From: Salpingoeca rosetta
Taxonomy: Eukaryota > Protista > Choanoflagellata
DNA length: 64,000 nt
Direction: 5' to 3'
NCBI GenBank assembly: GCA_033442325.1
Contig: JAWQFM010000022.1
Coordinates: 861,892 to 925,891 of the forward strand
Within the stretch, counting starts at the first letter, position 1; each line of letters opens with the position of its first letter. The notes beneath the pieces were generated by a model. That model worked only from the letters and a program-made list of their open reading frames with translations. It had not been told where the DNA came from and searched no databases. Shown piece by piece: positions 59,025 through 64,000 of the stretch. A program made the translations under genes and the position numbers.

Positions 59025-61661
59025 ATGCCAAAGCACCCACCAGACGTGTACATCTCGCACTGTGTCGGACGTAGGGAAGCGTTGAAGGAGAGCATTGCAC
59101 TGAAGGCGGGACTGGAGAGCAGAGGGGTGTCAGCGTTTACGTGTGACAAGGAGCCTGTCGACGCTGGTCCAGATGATGTGATTGAAGCCATCGTCGGGTG
59201 CGAGTTAGTCGTGATCCTGGGCACCCGCAGTTATGGGGAGAAGACAATGCACGCGTTCAACTCCCACGAGGAGCTCGACTTCATCATCAGCGAGAAGAAG
59301 CCCTTCTTCCTCGTCAAGATGTGCGACAGGTTCGAGCACGCCAAGCCAAGGTTTTGGCTCCGGTCCACCCTCACCAACTACACATGGCGGCCCGATCGGG
59401 AGCGGTCACACCCACCACCACCAGCAGCCCTCCTTGACGCTATCCTTACAAAGCTGCAAGCAATAACAGAACCCGACAAAGGCCCCAAGAACACCACCAG
59501 CAGCAGCAAGATAAGCAACGGCAACGGCGGCAGAAGCAGCATTAGCAGCAGCAACAGCAGCAGAAATAAAAAGGTTCACAGCAGTACCACCCAAGCACCC
59601 ATATCCCATGACACAGCAAGTGACGTGGCCAAGCTCGAACCGGTTTTTCTTACGGACCTTGACACTCCCTTTGCCAGCCACCATCATGATGATGGCGACG
59701 TCATTGACGACGCGGATGAAGACGGTGATGGTGACGGTAATGGTCATGACGTCGCTGAGGATACCAAACCCACCAGTCACCGCCCCCTTGCCACCGCCAG
59801 GAAATCTGGGGCCACGACCACTGCGGGTCGCACGACCATTGCGTCCGCAACCCGCCGCAGCAGCAGCGATGGCAGTAAAGGCAGCAGTCGCAAGAAGGAC
59901 AATGCCAAGGCCCGCACCAGCAACAGCAAAGGCACCCGCACCAGCACCAGCAAAAACACCAGCACCAGCACCAGCACCAGCACCAGCAACAGCAACAGCA
60001 CCAGCACCAGCACCAGCAAAAGCACCAGCAACAGCAGTGGCAGCCGACGCGGCAGTGCTGTGAGCCAGCAGCAGGCGCAGGGAAAGAGAAAGGCGAGCGG
60101 ATCAAAGCCAGCCCGCAGCACCCGCGCCCGCGTGTCTTCATCTGCGTCTGCATCCGCATCTGCATCGTCACCACCGCAGAATGAGATGACAGCCAGCGTC
60201 AAGGAGGCGGTTGACAAGCTGAGCACCAAAGGTGCAACCGCCATGCCAATACGCGACATTGTTGCGCTGATGAAGCGCTTCCCGACGTCGCGCCGGGTGC
60301 TGAGTGAGGCGAGCCAGGCGCTGGCTGCACAGACCTGCTTGAACGCGGCAACGCGAGCAGAGGCGGGCGCGGCGGGGACGGTTGATGTGATTGTGGCGAC
60401 GATGAAGCGATACAGCAAGGACGATCGCGTACTGGAGGACATGTGCAACGTGCTGAAGATCATTGTGTGGCACAACACGGACAACAAGAAGAGGGCTGTT
60501 GCGCTCGGTGGCGTAGACCTGGTGCTGAACGCAATGAAGCTGCGCATCCACAACGCCAAATTACAGGCCAACGCGTGCGGGGTGCTGCGGAGCATCGCCT
60601 GTGACGACGACTCGAGAAGAGACATTGCAGCCAAGGGCGGGATTGAGCTGGTGGTGGCGGCGATGGCGCGACACATTGGCAACGAAGAGGTGCAGGAGAA
60701 CGGCAACAGCGCGCTGTGCCACATCCCCTACCAGTTTGACGAGAACATGCCCAAGGTGGCAGCCAAGGGCGGCATTGAGGCCCTGCTCAACGGCATGAAT
60801 AGACACAAGGGCAGCGTGGCTGTGCAGCAGAGCGGGTGCGGGGCGCTGGTGATGCTGGGGCTGAACGAGGTGAGCAAGGCGAGGATTGCCGCTGCTGGCG
60901 GTATTGAGACGGTCATGACGGCGCTCACGCAGCACAGCAGCAACGCGGCCATCCAGGAGAATGCGTGCGGCGTGCTGGCAAACCTGGCGTTCAACAACCC
61001 CGAGAATGTGGAGCAGATTGTGGCGCACGGCGGCATTGAGACGGTCCTTGCAACGATGAGGAAGCACCATGCGGACGAGCGGGTGCAGGAGGCGGCGTGC
61101 GCGGTGCTGTGGAACCTGACCGACAACAACGAGGACAACGTGAACGACATTGCGGCTGAGGGCGGGATTGACGCCCTGCTGAAGGCGATGGCAAATCACC
61201 CCAAGCACCCGGGCGTGCAGGAGAACGCGTGCGGGGCGCTGGCGTTCCTGACGCAGAACAGCACCGAACACCAGCAGCAGGTGGTGTGGAACAGCGGCAT
61301 CACCACCATTATCGGCGCCATGCGGTTGCATGCAAGCATCGAGGACGTGCAAGAGCAGGCATGCCGTGTGCTGCGCCATCTCGCCAGCGACCCGTACAAC
61401 ACCGGCATCATTGCGTCACGTCGCGGTATCCCTGCAATCATTGCGGCCATGAAGAAATTTCCCGAGAACGAGGCAATCCAGGGGCAAGGGTGCGCTGTGC
61501 TTGCTGCGCTTGCCGTGGATCGACAGCACCACGGTGCGATGCGAGCCAAAGGTGTGGATGTTGTCATCAAGCGAGCGCTGCGCACCTTTAGGCGCGTCTC
61601 GGCCGTATCACAGCCAGCCAACCTCCTCGCCCTCAGGCTTTCGGAGGAGTCGGAGGAGTAG
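59025..61661 (+). CDS. Intronless protein: N-terminal TIR-like (TIR_2 type) domain, Ser/Thr-rich linker, ~10 armadillo repeats
   Basis: ATG in ACCATG context at 59025. N-terminus DVYISH...LESRGVSAF...EAIVGCELVVILGTRSY...SHEELDF...KPFFLVKM follows the TIR beta-A to beta-D pattern. Repeats GGIExVxxAMxxH...VQxxACxxLxxL recur with ~42-43 aa period from ~60240 to 61640. Confidence 0.85.
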   Translation: MPKHPPDVYISHCVGRREALKESIALKAGLESRGVSAFTCDKEPVDAGPDDVIEAIVGCELVVILGTRSYGEKTMHAFNSHEELDFIISEKKPFFLVKMCDRFEHAKPRFWLRSTLTNYTWRPDRERSHPPPPAALLDAILTKLQAITEPDKGPKNTTSSSKISNGNGGRSSISSSNSSRNKKVHSSTTQAPISHDTASDVAKLEPVFLTDLDTPFASHHHDDGDVIDDADEDGDGDGNGHDVAEDTKPTSHRPLATARKSGATTTAGRTTIASATRRSSSDGSKGSSRKKDNAKARTSNSKGTRTSTSKNTSTSTSTSTSNSNSTSTSTSKSTSNSSGSRRGSAVSQQQAQGKRKASGSKPARSTRARVSSSASASASASSPPQNEMTASVKEAVDKLSTKGATAMPIRDIVALMKRFPTSRRVLSEASQALAAQTCLNAATRAEAGAAGTVDVIVATMKRYSKDDRVLEDMCNVLKIIVWHNTDNKKRAVALGGVDLVLNAMKLRIHNAKLQANACGVLRSIACDDDSRRDIAAKGGIELVVAAMARHIGNEEVQENGNSALCHIPYQFDENMPKVAAKGGIEALLNGMNRHKGSVAVQQSGCGALVMLGLNEVSKARIAAAGGIETVMTALTQHSSNAAIQENACGVLANLAFNNPENVEQIVAHGGIETVLATMRKHHADERVQEAACAVLWNLTDNNEDNVNDIAAEGGIDALLKAMANHPKHPGVQENACGALAFLTQNSTEHQQQVVWNSGITTIIGAMRLHASIEDVQEQACRVLRHLASDPYNTGIIASRRGIPAIIAAMKKFPENEAIQGQGCAVLAALAVDRQHHGAMRAKGVDVVIKRALRTFRRVSAVSQPANLLALRLSEESEE

Positions 61662-62425
61662 CACGTGCGCGCATGTGTGTATGTGTGTGTGTGTTTTATG
61701 CTGTGTTGTGTTGTGGCTGCGTCTTGTGTTGTGGCTGCGTCTTGTGTTGTGTTGTGTTGTGTTGTGTTGTGTTGTGTTGTGTTGTGTTGTGTTGTGCTGT
61801 GTTGTGCTGTGCGCTCTGGTTGTTTTAGTTTTGATGCACGTGCTTTGCGTGTCCACATGTATTCGACGCTGTTCTCAACGCATGAGGCTTAACACATAAG
61901 ACTGTTGCCTGTGCACTGCTGCGTGCACCACTCGTTGTGGCGTCTTTATTTGTTCTGTATTCGACTCGCAGCCGCCTGTCTGCTGCACCCTCAATATTGA
62001 CTGTCTTTCACCCAAAGGCCACCGCTGCATTTGCGCGCGTGCGTACGTGCGTACGTGTGCATGTGTGCACGTGTGTGGTTTGCATTTCCATTCTTTTTTT
62101 CTTCTTTTCCAAACCTGTCGTAAAAGCACATGTGATTGCACGCGAGGAAGCAAGCGAGAGAGCAGGGGCAGCAGACGTGGAATAAGTTGTTGCGGTACAG
62201 AAGCGCACACTTGCGTGCTTCTGTTTGAAGTCATGTCACATCACGTGTCGCCACCCACAACCCCAAGACACATAGAATGCGAAAACAGAGAAGATATAAC
62301 TTGATGATGGGGAGGGAACACGCACAGGGAAGAGCACACGTACACACGCACATGGTGTCAACACTGACAGCACGCACGGCCATGTGTACACGTGTATTGC
62401 ATCATTGCATAATTGCATAATTGCA

Positions 62426-62709
62426 TCATTGCGTTGCGAGCTCGTGCATTTCGTCCACGGTCATGTAGTCGTCCTCCATCAAGTCACGCATTTCATTCAC
62501 GCTCAGATAGCCCGCGTCGCGCGCCAGCTGCCGGATGGCAACAACATCCAGGTAGTCGCCTGTCGTTGCACGTGGGTTGTGTGGAAAGGAAACAAAGCGT
62601 GTGCGTTGTGTGCGTGATGCGTGTGATGTGTGATGCGTGTGATGAGTGAACATGTGTGAGCATATGTGTGCTTGTGTGTGTGTGTGTGTGTGCTTGTGTG
62701 TGTGTGTGC

Positions 62710-62779
<70 letters not shown>

Positions 62780-63367
62780 GTTACATTCACGCACGCACGC
62801 ACGCACCCACACACCCACACGCGCGTCTGGCGGGACAACCACAACGGCGACTGCAACGCACCCTGCCCGCACTCAACGCCAGCAACCAAGGCAATCAACC
62901 CCAACCCCCCTCCCGGCATACCTTGGTCGTTTGCGAGTCTGTTCATCTCGTCCACACTCAGGTACCCGGCATCCTCTGCCAACTCCCGCAGCGTGTCAAC
63001 CGTCAAGTAGTCGCCTGCGTGTTGTGGTAGTGGTGAAACGTGGTGGCCGTGATGAGATGTGCGCACGTGTACGTTAAGGGTGTGTGTGTGTGTGAATATG
63101 CGGGCAGATGTGTTATTGTGTCCATGAACATGACAGCAGGTGCATGTGTGCAAGTGTGTGCAAGTGTGTGCAAGTGTGTGTGATTTCACTCTTGCCTTCT
63201 TCATTCATCATCACATCGTCATAGTCCACGTCATCCAGCGACAAATAAACTGCGAGCACATACGCATGTACACAAGGAAGCGGGCAGTCGTGAGCTGACG
63301 GGAGGGCAGCGATGATGGTTGTGGATTGCATGCACGACAACAAGTGGTACTTCCACGAGGGAGTGCA

Positions 63368-63433
<66 letters not shown>

Positions 63434-63464
63434 ACACACACACACACACACGTACGCACGCACG

Positions 63465-63519
<55 letters not shown>

Positions 63520-64000
63520 ACGCACCGTCCTCCACGTCGTCTGTGCCCGCGGAAGTCGGCTTGCTGCTGCTACTGGTGCCGCTTTTGAGCTGCTCGATGG
63601 TGAGATAGCCGCCGTCGCCGGCCCCACGCTGCAGTTTCGCCAGCGACAGCGCCTCTGTAATGTCCCGCTCTTCTTCCTCCTCCCTGCATTGGTGATCCGG
63701 GGGGGGGGGGGGAGGGGTTGATGATGTTGGTGACGGTGATAGTGGTGGTGTGCGAGCAAGCAAAGGGTGAGAAGAAGTGATGAAAGCAGGCAGGCTGGGC
63801 ATTCGCTCACCATACGACCACCACCATCACCACTACCACCAGCATGAGAACCAAGGTGACGCACGTGTATTCGGGGATGGAGTCGACAATCCCGGACTTG
63901 AGCTTGAGAACGCGGCTGGCGGGTGCAGCTGCACATGTGGTGGGGGGGGGAGGTGGTCAACATGGTGGTAGGGGGAAGCATGGTGGTACACGTGGTTGGT
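62426..64000 (-). CDS. 3' end of an unknown protein with a tandem Tyr-motif tail (YL[TSD][VIL]); gene begins beyond the window
   Basis: In-phase exons: [16 protein letters not shown] / [33 protein letters not shown] / [12 protein letters not shown] / [30 protein letters not shown] / [43 protein letters not shown]. Confidence 0.7.

Noticed and set aside
63810-63865. Apparent transmembrane helix [18 protein letters not shown] upstream of the Tyr-motif tail
   Set aside because: It follows a typical GTGCGT donor and consists of GGT repeats like other intron starts here. Both donors are in the same phase, so it is probably intronic; it cannot be claimed without transcripts.

Overview
Intron-rich eukaryotic genomic DNA. 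It has GC-rich exons, GT-AG introns filled with (CA)n/(GT)n, (CAA)n and (CAT)n microsatellites, and two assembly gaps. Gene content and intron style suggest a holozoan protist, most likely a choanoflagellate such as Salpingoeca rosetta (inference). Most ORFs in the supplied track are microsatellite artefacts, so gene models were rebuilt by hand from splice sites. Thirteen genes are supported: gamma-tubulin (3' end), a SWEET sugar transporter, a HET/TIR-like + TPR protein, CFAP45 (damaged or gapped), an EF-hand/TPR-like/C4 protein, a KIF13-like kinesin-3, NDUFA13, myosin I, a SMARCA2/4 (Snf2/Brahma) ATPase, a two-pore-domain K+ channel fused to an adenylate-kinase-like domain, WDR27, an intronless TIR + armadillo protein, and the 3' end of a protein with tandem tyrosine motifs. 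The standout is the K2P channel/adenylate-kinase-fold fusion, whose LID is replaced by a ~430-aa disordered insert; it is a candidate nucleotide-sensing K+ channel. Next most interesting are the two intron-poor TIR-like sensor/effector proteins.
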